From positions 138,626-202,625 of the forward strand of contig JACPXM010000020.1 in NCBI GenBank assembly GCA_016196545.1: DNA of 64,000 bases, written 5' to 3'. The notes under the pieces were generated by a model. The model was not told the origin of the DNA and searched no databases. It saw nothing but the letters and a program-made list of their open reading frames with translations. The DNA is from Candidatus Omnitrophota bacterium (GTDB taxonomy: Bacteria > Omnitrophota > Omnitrophia > Omnitrophales > Aquincolibacteriaceae). How positions within the stretch are numbered: position 1 is the stretch's first letter; each line of letters opens with the position of its first letter. Made by a program: the position numbers and the translations under genes. Shown piece after piece: positions 1 to 10,437 of this stretch.

Positions 1-3000
1 ATGGGGACGCTCGCGCTTATTGGGATCGGACTCATTTCATTTGTCCGTCTTCCGCAAGAACTTTTTCCACCCATTGTTTTTCCTCAAGTTACGATTGTGA
101 CCGATTATGCCAACGCTGCCCCCGAAGAGATTGAGACCTTAATTACGCGGCCTCTCGAAGAGGCCGTTGGATCGGTAGCCGGCTTAAAACGCATTGAATC
201 TTCCTCCCGCGAAGGGAGAAGCTCGGTCACGGTTTCCTTCAATTGGGGCCACGATATTGATTTTGCGGCACTGGCGGTTCGAGAAAAAATTGACCTTATT
301 AAGGAAAAGCTTCCCAAAGAGGCCCAAGACCCCGTCGTTTTAAAATTCGATCCCCTTTCCCGTCCGATCCTCATTATTTCCGTATCGGGCTCCGAACTTG
401 AGCCGGTGCAACTCAAACTTCTGGCAGAAAAAATGCTCAAAGATAATTTGGAAAAAGTCGAAGGTGTGGCCTCCGCGACGCTTTCCGGAGGTGCTACGCG
501 GGAAATTCTTGTCAATATGGACCAAGGTCGCCTGAGCGCCAATCATCTTTCGCTTCTGGATGTCGTGAAATCCATCGAGGAAACGAATGTGAGTTATCCC
601 GCAGGGAGTATCAAAAAGGGACTTTATGAATATTTGATTCGAACGGTGGGGGAATTCCGCAGTGTTAAAGACATTGAATACGCCGTAGCGGGTGTGGATG
701 AGATGGAAAAGGTCCGCAGCGAGGATACCCGCTTTGTGGAGCAGGGCGGCGAGGGTCCCCGGGAGACCGTGGATGCGGGACGCGGCAAGGAACAGAAAAA
801 AATGCTCGAAAAAAGGCTGGTCCTTTTAAAGGACATTTCTCAAGTGATTGACGGTGTGGCTGAGAAAACCAGCGTTTCACGCTTAAATGGAAAAGAAAAC
901 ATTTCCATTTCGATTCAAAAACAGGCCAGTGCCAATACGATTCAAGTGGTCGATCACTTGAAAAAGTCCCTTGAATTTTTAAAGGAAGACCTACGCTCGC
1001 GTGGCCTTCACTTTGAAATAATTTACGACCATTCCCAGTTTATTCGCAAATCCCTTGAAAATTTAATGTCCGAGGCCCTCATGGGCGCCTTTCTTGTTTT
1101 TCTTGTGCTTTTTGCTTTTTTGCGTGCCCCGGGCCCTTCGCTTTTAGTGACGCTTTCGATCCCAGTGACCATCCTCGGGACTTTTTTCCTATTGGCCCTC
1201 AAGGGGATTACTTTAAATACCATGTCGATCAGCGGTCTTGTGCTCTCCCTCGGCATGATTGGAGATACCAGTATTGTGGTGCTGGAAAACATTTTTCGCC
1301 GCCGGCAAATGGGAGAAAACCCCGAGCAAGGCGCCATTCAGGGAACCCTCGAAGTCACCTGGCCTGTCATTTCTTCGAATTTGACCACCATCGCGGTTTG
1401 TTTTCCCGTCATCGCCTTTGTGCCGGGCATTGCGGGCCAAATTTTTAAAGACCTTTGCTGGGCCATTATTTTTTCACAGCTCATTTCAACCCTCCTTCCC
1501 TTAACGTTGATTGCCATGCTTTCGCTTTATTGCAAGGTCAAGGAAGGCGAATACAAGCCTATTGTCTTAACGGGGATTTTAGAAAGAAGACTCCTGGGAA
1601 CAGGCGCTCCGGCACAAAAATTTGGTTTCGCCGTTCGGCTCTTGGTCATCGCCGCCGTGATTTGCTCCACCGCTTTTTTTATTTTTCCTGTTTTGGAGCG
1701 CGAGGTGCTTCCGAAAGTGGAACAGGGAAAATTTATCATTAAGGTGGATCTTCCCGAGGGCTCGCGGCTTGAAACGACGGATTCGGTTTGCAAAAAATTA
1801 GAGGAAGTGATGAAAAGTATGCCGGAAATTAAAGACGTCTCGGTGATTGTCGGCTCTGAAAAAGGCCGTGAGGGCGAGGTAAAAATCGAAGCGCTTCGGC
1901 CTTCTCAGGCGCTTCTCACCGTCATTTTAAAAAAGCAGAGGGGTTTTAAGTCCGCCCCTGTCGTTTATGACATCCGTGAAAAAATCCGGAATCTTCCGCT
2001 GGAAGGAGCCCAAATCGAATTTATTCTTCAGGAGAGCGAGTTTCAATTTGCGGGGGGAGGCAACAAGCCCGTTGAAATCGAAGTCAAACAATATGATTTA
2101 AAAAAAATGGGTTCGCTGGTGGCCACCCTTAAGCAGAAATTGAGCGAAATACCCGGTGTGATTGACATTCAGGATGATGCCGGAAAACCCATTCCCGAAA
2201 CGAAGCTTCACATCGAAAAACGCCGTGCCGCCCTTTATGGGATTTCAGCCCTCGACATTTCCCTCACTGCGAAAGCCGCCATTGACGGCGTGGTCGCCAC
2301 GCAATATCGGGAAACGGGCAGGGAATTTGATGTGCGCGTCCGGCTTTCAGAAAAGGACCGCAACAATATCCGGAATTTAAACAACCTTCTGATGTATTCC
2401 CAGGTCCTGGACGCCCTGATTCCTTTAAAAGAAGTCGCGACGATTGAAAGGGGAACGGGACCCAGCGAAATCAAGCGTGCGGATCAAGAGCGCATGGTGA
2501 CGATTTCCGCCGACATCGCAAAAAATGCCGGTGAGAAGAAAATCCTGGATCAAGTACAACGCAAAATAAAAGAACTGGATTTGAAACCCGAGTTAGGTTT
2601 TCAGGTGGAGTTTTCGGGAAAGGCGCGGGAGGTGAGGGAAAATTTTTCAAAAATTATTTTTGCGTTCGCGCTTGCCGTGATTTTAAATTACATGATTATG
2701 GCCTCTCAATTCGAATCCTTTCTGCAGCCTTTTATCATCATGCTTACGGTGCCCCTTGCCCTTTTCGGCGTGGCGGTAGCACTCTTGATTTCCGGAACTT
2801 CTTTGAACGTCATCTCTTTTCTCGGAATTGTGCTTTTGGCCGGAACCGCAGTCAATAACGCGATTATCCTGATTGAATACATCAATCAGGCCCGTGAGAG
2901 GGGACTTGGGATTGAGGAGGCCGCGGTGGAGGCCGTCCGGGTGCGCACGAGGCCCATTCTCATGAGTTCGCTTACAACCGTTATTGGGCTTGCCCCGCTT

Positions 3001-3186
3001 GTTTTTGGCGGCGGCGAGGGCAAGGAGCTTCACGCTCCCATGGCTATTGCGATGATGGGGGGGACTTTATCGGCCACCTTTCTTACGCTTTTTGTCATCC
3101 CTTGTTTTTATATTGTTTTGATGCGGCTCGCGGAGCGGTTTTTTGGCGGCGAAGAAGAATGGGAAAAAGGGATGGAAGGAAAATAA
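1..3186 (+). CDS. RND-family efflux permease (AcrB/MdtB-like), N-terminus cut by window start
   Basis: The ORF is open to nt 1 and encodes 1061 aa. It alternates large periplasmic loops with TM bundles. AcrB-type segments include GMIGDTSIVVLENI and LAGTAVNNAIILIEY. Confidence 0.9.
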   Translation: MGTLALIGIGLISFVRLPQELFPPIVFPQVTIVTDYANAAPEEIETLITRPLEEAVGSVAGLKRIESSSREGRSSVTVSFNWGHDIDFAALAVREKIDLIKEKLPKEAQDPVVLKFDPLSRPILIISVSGSELEPVQLKLLAEKMLKDNLEKVEGVASATLSGGATREILVNMDQGRLSANHLSLLDVVKSIEETNVSYPAGSIKKGLYEYLIRTVGEFRSVKDIEYAVAGVDEMEKVRSEDTRFVEQGGEGPRETVDAGRGKEQKKMLEKRLVLLKDISQVIDGVAEKTSVSRLNGKENISISIQKQASANTIQVVDHLKKSLEFLKEDLRSRGLHFEIIYDHSQFIRKSLENLMSEALMGAFLVFLVLFAFLRAPGPSLLVTLSIPVTILGTFFLLALKGITLNTMSISGLVLSLGMIGDTSIVVLENIFRRRQMGENPEQGAIQGTLEVTWPVISSNLTTIAVCFPVIAFVPGIAGQIFKDLCWAIIFSQLISTLLPLTLIAMLSLYCKVKEGEYKPIVLTGILERRLLGTGAPAQKFGFAVRLLVIAAVICSTAFFIFPVLEREVLPKVEQGKFIIKVDLPEGSRLETTDSVCKKLEEVMKSMPEIKDVSVIVGSEKGREGEVKIEALRPSQALLTVILKKQRGFKSAPVVYDIREKIRNLPLEGAQIEFILQESEFQFAGGGNKPVEIEVKQYDLKKMGSLVATLKQKLSEIPGVIDIQDDAGKPIPETKLHIEKRRAALYGISALDISLTAKAAIDGVVATQYRETGREFDVRVRLSEKDRNNIRNLNNLLMYSQVLDALIPLKEVATIERGTGPSEIKRADQERMVTISADIAKNAGEKKILDQVQRKIKELDLKPELGFQVEFSGKAREVRENFSKIIFAFALAVILNYMIMASQFESFLQPFIIMLTVPLALFGVAVALLISGTSLNVISFLGIVLLAGTAVNNAIILIEYINQARERGLGIEEAAVEAVRVRTRPILMSSLTTVIGLAPLVFGGGEGKELHAPMAIAMMGGTLSATFLTLFVIPCFYIVLMRLAERFFGGEEEWEKGMEGK

Positions 3187-3192
3187 GAAGCG

Positions 3193-6100
3193 ATGGGACT
3201 TCCCAGCATTGCAATCAAAAGGCCGGTCTTAACCCTGATGATTTTTGGTGCCCTCATTTTGCTGGGCGTCATCTCTCTTTTGAGGCTTCCGGTCGAACTT
3301 TATCAGGGCCGCAATCAAAATATCATCAGTATTATTGTCCGTGCCCGCGGAGGACTTCCCCCCGTCGAAGTGGAAAAATACATTACCAAGCCCATTGAGG
3401 AAGCGGTCTCTACCGTTTCTCATTTAAAAAATCTTGTCTCTCATTCGCGCGAGGCGGAATCGCGTGTGACCATGGAATTTGAAATTGACACCCCTATGAG
3501 ATTCGCGGCCCTCGAGGTCCGGGAAAAATTCGCACGGGTCAAACCCTTTTTGCCCAAGGAAATCGAAAAGCCGGTGATTGCCAATTATGATGATGCCCAG
3601 TCCGCGGTGCTTGTTTTTGCGTTGACCTCAGAGACTCTTTCGCCTGAGGAAATCCGCGATTTAGTGGATACCGATTTGAAGCCCATTCTTACGCGCATCG
3701 ACGGCGTGGCAAGTCTGGAAGTTTACGGCGGACGCGAGCGGAAAATCCTTGTGGAAATGGACCGGGATAAAATGATGGCTTATAACATTTCCATTGAAAA
3801 GGTTATGGATATTTTGGGTCAAAGTAATATCAACCTTTTGGCCGGAAACGTCGGAACGGGGAAAATGGAACTTGCCATCCGTACCATGGGGGCCTTTGAG
3901 AGCGTGGAAGAAATTGGGGAGATCGGAATCCAGGCGACCCGGCAGGGATCGATCATTCCTTTAAAAGAAATCGCCACGGTGAAGGATTCTTATTTGGAAC
4001 CCTCCGATTACGCCCGCCTTAATTTGGAACAGAATGTGACGGTGTATGTCAAAAAGGAGAGCACGGCCAAAACCATTCCCGTGGTTCGGCAGATTCGAAA
4101 AGTTTTGCGGGATTTTAAGATTGTGGAGCAGAAGACCGTGGATATCGTGATTGTGACCGACAAGGCGGAAATTATCGCAAGGGCAATTAACGACGTCAAA
4201 GGGGCTCTTTTTATCGGCATGCTCCTAACTGTCCTTTTAATTTACCTCTTTTTGAGGCAATGGATTCTTGCTTTAATCGTCCTCCTTTCCATTCCCGCTT
4301 CTGTGATCACGACCTTTATTTTCATGGATTTTCTGAATTTGAGTTTAAATGTGATGACCTTGAGCGGTTTGGCCCTCGCGATCGGCATCTTAGTGGACAG
4401 TGCCGTCGTGATTCTTGAAAATATTTTCCTCAAAAAGGAGCAGGGCATCGATGATGAAACCGCCATCCGGAAGGGCGCGGAAGAAATGTGGGCACCGCTT
4501 CTGGGCGGATTGTTAACCACCCTTGTGGTTTTTCTTCCCATCATTTTCATCGATAAAAAGATTCAAATGCTCTATGCGGGTTTTACCTTTACGGTTTGTA
4601 TTTCCCTTATTTGTTCCTTCTTTGTCGCGCAAATGCTGATTCCCATGCTCATGATGCAATGGGCCAAAGGCCAAATCGATATGGAAAAGGCCGCAGGAAG
4701 CGAGCATTTCACCCATCGACTTGCCGAGGGTTATGGAAAGGGGATGTCTAAAATTCTCAATTTTCGTTATGCGGTGTGGATCGGGGCAACCCTTCTTTTT
4801 TTCTTTTCGGCTTGGAGAATATCCAAAACACCGATTGACTGGCCGTCAGCCTTGGAGGAAAACGAATTTTCGATTATTGTTTTTCCGTTGGCCGGGGCCA
4901 AACTTGAAGCCAATGATGACGTCGTTGCACGTGTAGAGCAGCTGTTAGGCAAAATTCCGGATGTGGAAATGTTTTCTTCAGCCATTCGAAAAGACGACGT
5001 GCGCATTTTCGTCAAATTAAAGCCCAAATCCAAACGTGCTTATTCCAAAGATGAGATTATGAAGCTTCTGGATGAGAAGGGAAATGAATCCATCAAACAA
5101 GTGCACGATCAATACAGTCTTATCATCGATGAAGGGACCAGCGGAAGCGAGGAAAAGAAGCTTGTGATTAATCTTTTTGGACATGAAAACAATGAACTTG
5201 AAAAACTGGCTCATGAAGTGGCCCAGCGTGTTTCTAAAATCCCCGGTTTTGCAAATCCTGTGATGACCGATTTAAGAAAGCGGCCGGAATATTCCCTTGC
5301 CGTGGACAAAAACCGCGCGGCCCTTTATGGGTTGAGTGTGCGTAAGATCGCCGACTCAGTTCACGCACAGGTGCGCGGCATGCGGCCGACGAAATTTCAT
5401 GAACTTACCAAAGGCGAAGAAATTGAAACCATTACCCGGCTTCAGGCCATTTACCGTCAGAAAATTGAGGATTTGGAACAAGTCCGGGTGGCCGCGGACA
5501 CGGGCCGTCAAATCCCTTTGGGGGAAATTGCAAATTTTTATCCTTCGCAAGGTCCGCAGACTATTGACCGCCGTGATAAATACCGTTTTGTTTTTGTTAA
5601 AGGCGATACGAAGCGTCCGTTGGAGGCCGTGGCCAAGGATGTCAAAGAGGCCTTGCGGGATTTGAAAATGCCCGAGGAATATTATTGGCGCTTTGGGGGT
5701 CATTATGAAGAATTGAGAGAAAGTAAATCGGAATTATCCCTCGCTCTCATGCTCACTTTTTTTCTTGTTTATATGATGATGGCCTGTCTTTTCCAAAGTT
5801 ACGGGCAGCCTCTTTTGATTATGGTTTCCGTTCCTATGGCGAGTATCGGAGTTTGGTTTTTCCTCGCCGTCACGCGCAAACCTCTCAGCGAGCATGTCTT
5901 TATCGGGATGATTCTCCTCTCCGGGTATGTGGTGAACGCGGCCATTATTATGATGGACCGGATGAATCATTTAAAATCTCTGGGGCAAAAGGGTCGGCAA
6001 ATTCTGATTCAAGCGGGCAAGGACCGGTTGCGCCCCATCTTGATGACGACCCTTTCCACATGCCTTGGATTTCTTCCCATGGCGCTCAATATCGGGCAAT

Positions 6101-6270
6101 CCAGCGATTTATGGTCCCCGCTTGCCATTACCGTGATTGGGGGGCTTGTGAGTTCGACGATTTTAACCCTTTTTGTTCTGCCTTGTTTTATTCTCATCGC
6201 CGAAGAAATCGGCGAAAAATTGAAATCAGCCCTATGGAATGTTCTTCCAACCTTGAGGAGATTGTCATGA
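3193..6270 (+). CDS. second RND-family efflux permease (MdtC-like paralog)
   Basis: This 1025-aa ORF starts 6 nt after the first pump and has the same architecture (ILVDSAVVILENI, LSGYVVNAAIIMMD). The tandem pair recalls heteromeric MdtBC. Confidence 0.9.
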   Translation: MGLPSIAIKRPVLTLMIFGALILLGVISLLRLPVELYQGRNQNIISIIVRARGGLPPVEVEKYITKPIEEAVSTVSHLKNLVSHSREAESRVTMEFEIDTPMRFAALEVREKFARVKPFLPKEIEKPVIANYDDAQSAVLVFALTSETLSPEEIRDLVDTDLKPILTRIDGVASLEVYGGRERKILVEMDRDKMMAYNISIEKVMDILGQSNINLLAGNVGTGKMELAIRTMGAFESVEEIGEIGIQATRQGSIIPLKEIATVKDSYLEPSDYARLNLEQNVTVYVKKESTAKTIPVVRQIRKVLRDFKIVEQKTVDIVIVTDKAEIIARAINDVKGALFIGMLLTVLLIYLFLRQWILALIVLLSIPASVITTFIFMDFLNLSLNVMTLSGLALAIGILVDSAVVILENIFLKKEQGIDDETAIRKGAEEMWAPLLGGLLTTLVVFLPIIFIDKKIQMLYAGFTFTVCISLICSFFVAQMLIPMLMMQWAKGQIDMEKAAGSEHFTHRLAEGYGKGMSKILNFRYAVWIGATLLFFFSAWRISKTPIDWPSALEENEFSIIVFPLAGAKLEANDDVVARVEQLLGKIPDVEMFSSAIRKDDVRIFVKLKPKSKRAYSKDEIMKLLDEKGNESIKQVHDQYSLIIDEGTSGSEEKKLVINLFGHENNELEKLAHEVAQRVSKIPGFANPVMTDLRKRPEYSLAVDKNRAALYGLSVRKIADSVHAQVRGMRPTKFHELTKGEEIETITRLQAIYRQKIEDLEQVRVAADTGRQIPLGEIANFYPSQGPQTIDRRDKYRFVFVKGDTKRPLEAVAKDVKEALRDLKMPEEYYWRFGGHYEELRESKSELSLALMLTFFLVYMMMACLFQSYGQPLLIMVSVPMASIGVWFFLAVTRKPLSEHVFIGMILLSGYVVNAAIIMMDRMNHLKSLGQKGRQILIQAGKDRLRPILMTTLSTCLGFLPMALNIGQSSDLWSPLAITVIGGLVSSTILTLFVLPCFILIAEEIGEKLKSALWNVLPTLRRLS

Positions 6271-6839
6271 CAGCATCGGATGCCAAACCTGGAACCCGAA
6301 GAGGGTATAAACGCAGCGCGCGAAATTTGATGATTCATAAACCCATGCAGCGGGAATTTATTTTTGTCATGATTCTGCTTTTAATGATTTCCATGTCGGC
6401 CGTGGCCTTTGTCGTGCATACGACCTTGCAGGAGGCGGCCACGGGGGGAGGATTTCGTTTTGGGAAAATTAGCCCCCAGGTCATTCTCTCGGAAGTCGGT
6501 AATGATTTAATCCTTCGAATCAGCCTTGTGCTAGGGATCGCTCTTTTTATTATGACCCTCTTTGGGCTATTCTTTCTGCATCGCGTTGCGGGACCCGTCT
6601 ACCGGTTCCGCCAAATCATTTTGCGGCTTAACGAAGGAGAAATACCGGCTCCCGTGAAATTGCGTGAAGGCGATTTTTTTCAGGAAATCGCAGTGGAAAT
6701 AAATACCCTTGTACGGACCTTTCAATTTGAGCACAACCGGCTTAAGGTGCTTAAAGAAAAAGTACAGGTCCTTGCCGCCCGGGGAGGAGACCCCCTGGCG
6801 AAGGAAATTCAGCAAATCCTTAACCAAACTATCGAATAA
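6267..6839 (+). CDS. small two-TM membrane protein with HAMP-like AGPxYRF linker
   Basis: The ATG at 6267 overlaps the pump stop (ATGA). Two hydrophobic spans are followed by HRVAGPVYRFRQIILRLNEGE. Track ORF 5853-6839 is the same frame extended backwards through the pump gene. Confidence 0.6.
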   Translation: MTASDAKPGTRRGYKRSARNLMIHKPMQREFIFVMILLLMISMSAVAFVVHTTLQEAATGGGFRFGKISPQVILSEVGNDLILRISLVLGIALFIMTLFGLFFLHRVAGPVYRFRQIILRLNEGEIPAPVKLREGDFFQEIAVEINTLVRTFQFEHNRLKVLKEKVQVLAARGGDPLAKEIQQILNQTIE

Positions 6840-6860
6840 AATTCTGCCGATTCTATCCCA

Positions 6861-6885
6861 ACCTCCTACACACCCGGTGTGTAAA
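6861..6885. repeat. family-A palindromic repeat, single arm (ACCTCCTACACACCCGGTGTGTAAA)
   Basis: It shares the CCTCCTACA-ACCCGGTGTG-TAAA arm with copies at 12493, 23464, 32753 and 35321. Confidence 0.7.
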
Positions 6886-6886
6886 A

Positions 6887-6931
6887 CAAGGTACCAGGTT
6901 CTTTTTTGAAAAAAAGGAACCTGGTACCTTG
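6887..6931. repeat. family-B ~45-bp palindrome (CAAGGTACCAGGTTCTTTTTT GAAAAAAAGGAACCTGGTACCTTG)
   Basis: A near-perfect palindrome read directly from the sequence. A nearly identical copy lies at 35063-35112. It directly abuts the family-A arm. Confidence 0.8.
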
Positions 6932-6947
6932 GAAGGCTCAAATTTCA

Positions 6948-6975
6948 TTGACTTTTTGGGTTTTCTTCTTATAAT
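6948..6975 (+). promoter_or_regulatory. sigma70-like promoter upstream of nusA (TTGACT-16 nt-TATAAT)
   Basis: TTGACT at 6948-6953 and TATAAT at 6970-6975 with a 16-nt spacer, about 90 nt upstream of the nusA ATG. Confidence 0.55.
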
Positions 6976-7000
6976 TGTTTCACCAAATTGATCAGGGATC

Positions 7001-7036
7001 GAAGTGGGCAGAAAAATCGCCCACTTCTTTTATTTT
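7001..7036 (+). terminator. intrinsic-terminator-like hairpin in the nusA leader
   Basis: GAAGTGGGC (7001-7009) and GCCCACTTC (7019-7027) form a perfect 9-bp stem with a 9-nt loop. TTTTATTTT follows. The hairpin lies between the predicted promoter and the nusA start. Confidence 0.6.
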
Positions 7037-7062
7037 AACCCTAGGTAGGACAATCACTTACG

Positions 7063-8280
7063 ATGATAAATCAAGAACTTCTTTCGTCTCTCGAATATAT
7101 TGAAAAGGAGAAGGGCATTGCCAAAGAGGTGCTTTTAGAGGCCCTTCGCCAGGCCCTTCTTTCTGCCTGTAAAAAGACTTATCCGGGCAGGGAGGGCTTT
7201 GAGATACAGATTGATGCCAAGACCTGCGCGATTAAACTTCTGGAAAACGGTAAGGCGTTTCAGGATTCGGACTTTGGCCGCATTGCAGCCCAAACCGCCA
7301 AACAGGTCATCATTCAAAAAATCCGAGAGGCGGAACGGGAATCCATTCACGATGAATATCAAAAACGTTTGGGAGATATTGTCTCCGGTACCGTTCACCG
7401 TTTTGAGCCCAAGGCTTTGATTGTGGATCTTGGAAAAACGGAAGGAATTTTACCCGCGCGCGAACAATCGCCCCAAGACGAATACCGCCAGGGAGATTTG
7501 ATCCGGGCGCTTGTGCTTGAAGTTAAAAAAACACCCCGTGGGCCCGAAATCATCCTTTCGCGTGCAAGCGCGGAACTCGTCAAAGTGCTCTTTAAACTTG
7601 AAGTTCCAGAAATCCATGACGGCATTGTGGAAATCAAAGCTGCGGCACGCGAGGCGGGATCCCGAACCAAGATCGCGGTGACCTCTCACGATGAAAAAAT
7701 TGATTGCGTCGGTTCTTGTGTCGGCATCCGCGGGCAACGGGTGAAAAACATTGTCCGCGAACTGGGCGGGGAAAAAATAGACATCGTGCGCTTTTCCTCG
7801 GACATTGAAACGTATATCCGAAATTCGATGGCGCCTGCGGAGCTTTCCGAAATCCAATTAAATAAAAAAGAGCAGTCGGCCATCATCTTTGTGCAGGACG
7901 ATCAATTATCGCTCGCCATCGGCAAAAAGGGGCAGAACGTAAGGCTTGCTTCCAAGTTGGTGGGCTGGCAGCTGGATGTTCGAAACGCCAGTCAGAAAAT
8001 TCCCATTTCCTCCCTAGAGGGTGTGGGAGAAAAAACGGAATCCCTGCTGAAGGAAGCCGGCATCACGAGCGTCAAAGATATTTTAAAATCTACGGCTGAG
8101 GATTTAATGAAAATCGAAGGCGTTGGCCAGAAAACTGCCGAAAAGATCATTGCCTCGGCGCATCGCGCGATCCTGGAGAAGGACAAGAAAAGTTCGCAGG
8201 AAAAAACGGATAAATTTGAGCAGGCAAAAAAACAGCTGGAAGGAAAATCCGAAGAAGCGAATAAAGACGAAGAAGGATAA
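7063..8280 (+). CDS. nusA: transcription termination/antitermination factor NusA
   Basis: 405 aa with an N-terminal domain, S1, two KH domains (GxxG: AIGKKGQNVRLA) and an HhH region with an acidic/basic tail. It sits immediately upstream of infB. Confidence 0.95.
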   Translation: MINQELLSSLEYIEKEKGIAKEVLLEALRQALLSACKKTYPGREGFEIQIDAKTCAIKLLENGKAFQDSDFGRIAAQTAKQVIIQKIREAERESIHDEYQKRLGDIVSGTVHRFEPKALIVDLGKTEGILPAREQSPQDEYRQGDLIRALVLEVKKTPRGPEIILSRASAELVKVLFKLEVPEIHDGIVEIKAAAREAGSRTKIAVTSHDEKIDCVGSCVGIRGQRVKNIVRELGGEKIDIVRFSSDIETYIRNSMAPAELSEIQLNKKEQSAIIFVQDDQLSLAIGKKGQNVRLASKLVGWQLDVRNASQKIPISSLEGVGEKTESLLKEAGITSVKDILKSTAEDLMKIEGVGQKTAEKIIASAHRAILEKDKKSSQEKTDKFEQAKKQLEGKSEEANKDEEG

Positions 8281-8286
8281 CCCCTC

Positions 8287-10383
8287 ATGCGTGTCCATGA
8301 ACTTGCCAAAACATTGGGTCTTACCAGTAAGGATTTGATTTCTCAGCTTGAGAAATTGGGCGCCTCACCCAAAAATCATATGTCCGTCGTGAGCCAGGAA
8401 ATCCAAGCAGCGCTGGAGAAGGTTAAGTCCCCGAAGCCAAAATCAGCAAAGTCTGAAGAAAGCGCCAAACCCGAACCCGTCAAAACGAAATTACAGGAAA
8501 CAAAAATGCCCTCAGCCTCCGCTGTTTCCGTGGCAGAACCGCCCAAGGAAAAGAAGCTTGAACCCGCGCCCGGCGTCAAAACGCAATCCGTTTCTAAAGT
8601 TCCGCCGGTTTCTGCACCGGAAGTCAAGACCAAGCCCGCCATTGTTTTGGAATTTCCCATTACCGTGGGCAGCCTGTCCCCGGCACTCGGCCGAAGCATT
8701 CCTGAACTCATCAAAACACTTATGGGTATGGGGATCTTTGCCAATGTGAATCAACTTTTGAATGAGGAAATTGTTTTTGCACTTGCCGGAACCCTTGGTA
8801 TCGAAATTCAAAAACGCGAAGACGTGGTCGCCAAGGTTCTCGAGGAAAAGGAAGATCCCAAACTTTTAAAGCCGCGCCCGCCTGTCGTTACCATGATGGG
8901 TCATGTGGATCACGGAAAGACTTCGCTTCTGGATGCCATACGAAAAACCAATGTGGCTGCCAAGGAAAAGGGATTTATCACGCAGCATATCGGGGCCTAC
9001 GGCGTGGATATTCCCAACAAAGGCCATGTGACCTTTTTGGACACGCCGGGCCATGAGGCCTTCACCGCCATGCGCGCACGCGGTGCCAACGCCACCGATG
9101 TTGTGGTCTTGGTGATAGCTGCTGATGACGGGGTAATGCCTCAGACTATTGAAGCTTACAATCACGCGCGCGAAGCAGGGTGTCCCGTAGTGGTCGCCAT
9201 GAACAAAAGTGATTTACCCAGTGCCAATCCCCAGCGCGTGATGACCGGACTTCAAAAACTGGGACTCATCCCGGAAGAATGGGGGGGCAAGACGATTTGT
9301 GTCAAAGTCTCCGCCAAGACAGGAGTGGGGATTGAACAGCTTCTTGAAATGCTTTTGCTGGAAGCGGAGGTCTTGGAATTAAAAGCCAATCCGAATCGGC
9401 TGGCCGCAGGCACTGTGATTGAAGGCCATATCTCCAAAGGTTCCGGGCCCGTCGCAACGGTGATTGTGCAGAAGGGGACGCTTCGAATCGGTGACATTAT
9501 CGTCTCCGGCCAGTATATGGGCCGTGTCCGGGCGCTTCGTAATGATCGCGGTAAAATGATTCAGGAAGCCGGACCTTCTTATGCCGCGGAGGTTTCGGGC
9601 TTGGGAGGCGTTCCTGAGGCCGGAGAAACTTTTTTTGTGCTCGCCGATGAACGTGTGGCGCGAGCCATCACCGAAAAGAAAGTTTTGGAAATACGCGAAC
9701 GGGAAATGACGTGCTCGCATAAGCACCTTGCTTTAGAAGACCTTTATCAGCGCATTACGGAAGGAAATTTCAAAGAACTTAAGATGATTATTAAAACCGA
9801 TGTCCAGGGATCCGCAGAGGCACTTGCCCAGCAGCTGGAAAAAATGAGTACCGATAGTTGCCGTGTACGCGTAATTCACTCCGGCGTCGGAGGGATTAAT
9901 GAATCCGACATTATGCTAGCCGTAGCCTCCGACGCCATTGTCATCGGGTTTCACGTGAAGGCCGACCCCAAGGCGCAAATGATCGGGGAAAAAGAAGGCG
10001 TCGACATGCGTTTTTATAACATTATTTATGAGGCGGTAGAAGATGTCCGCAAGGCCATGGAAGGGATTCTTGAACCCACCTATAAAGAAGTCATTGAAGG
10101 AAAGCTTCAAGTGCGCAAAATTTTCAAATCCTCCAAAGTTGGGACCATTGGCGGCGGTAACGTGCTGCAAGGGAAAATCCTGCGTTCCAACGCCGTGAGG
10201 TTGGTGCGTAACAATGTCGTCGTCTTTGAAGGCAAACTGGCCTCTTTGAAACGGTTTAAAGACGATGTGCGTGAGGTTGGACAAGGATATGAATGTGGTT
10301 TTTCATTCGAGGGATTTAATGATATCCAGGAAAATGACGTTCTAGAATCCTATCGTCTCGATAAAATCGCGGGGAAGTTATAA
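8287..10383 (+). CDS. infB: translation initiation factor IF-2
   Basis: 698 aa with GTPase motifs [13 protein letters not shown] and NKSD, in canonical nusA-infB-rbfA order. Confidence 0.95.
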   Translation: MRVHELAKTLGLTSKDLISQLEKLGASPKNHMSVVSQEIQAALEKVKSPKPKSAKSEESAKPEPVKTKLQETKMPSASAVSVAEPPKEKKLEPAPGVKTQSVSKVPPVSAPEVKTKPAIVLEFPITVGSLSPALGRSIPELIKTLMGMGIFANVNQLLNEEIVFALAGTLGIEIQKREDVVAKVLEEKEDPKLLKPRPPVVTMMGHVDHGKTSLLDAIRKTNVAAKEKGFITQHIGAYGVDIPNKGHVTFLDTPGHEAFTAMRARGANATDVVVLVIAADDGVMPQTIEAYNHAREAGCPVVVAMNKSDLPSANPQRVMTGLQKLGLIPEEWGGKTICVKVSAKTGVGIEQLLEMLLLEAEVLELKANPNRLAAGTVIEGHISKGSGPVATVIVQKGTLRIGDIIVSGQYMGRVRALRNDRGKMIQEAGPSYAAEVSGLGGVPEAGETFFVLADERVARAITEKKVLEIREREMTCSHKHLALEDLYQRITEGNFKELKMIIKTDVQGSAEALAQQLEKMSTDSCRVRVIHSGVGGINESDIMLAVASDAIVIGFHVKADPKAQMIGEKEGVDMRFYNIIYEAVEDVRKAMEGILEPTYKEVIEGKLQVRKIFKSSKVGTIGGGNVLQGKILRSNAVRLVRNNVVVFEGKLASLKRFKDDVREVGQGYECGFSFEGFNDIQENDVLESYRLDKIAGKL

Positions 10384-10437
10384 CAGAGGAAAGAAGTCAG
10401 AGGCAGAAGTCTTCTGCCCCCTGTCTTTTGAGCTATC

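Noticed and set aside
105-2474. Many 60-145-aa ORFs antisense to or out of frame with the first RND gene. The same pattern occurs inside infB, pnp, ftsK, ppk, ppx, sulP, the GT4 gene and others.
   Set aside because: They are shadow ORFs nested in long, strongly supported CDSs. Their composition is low-complexity or Arg/Ser/Pro-rich and they carry no motifs.
5853-6266. The N-terminal 138 codons of track ORF 5853-6839.
   Set aside because: This part lies out of frame inside the second RND gene. A start at the ATGA junction (6267) gives a sensible membrane protein.
10402-10430. A hairpin after infB (GGCAGAAG/CTTCTGCC followed by CCCTGTCTTTT) as a terminator.
   Set aside because: The stem leaves a 1-nt loop unless shortened to ~6 bp, and the T-run is short and distal. 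rbfA follows within 55 nt and is probably co-transcribed.
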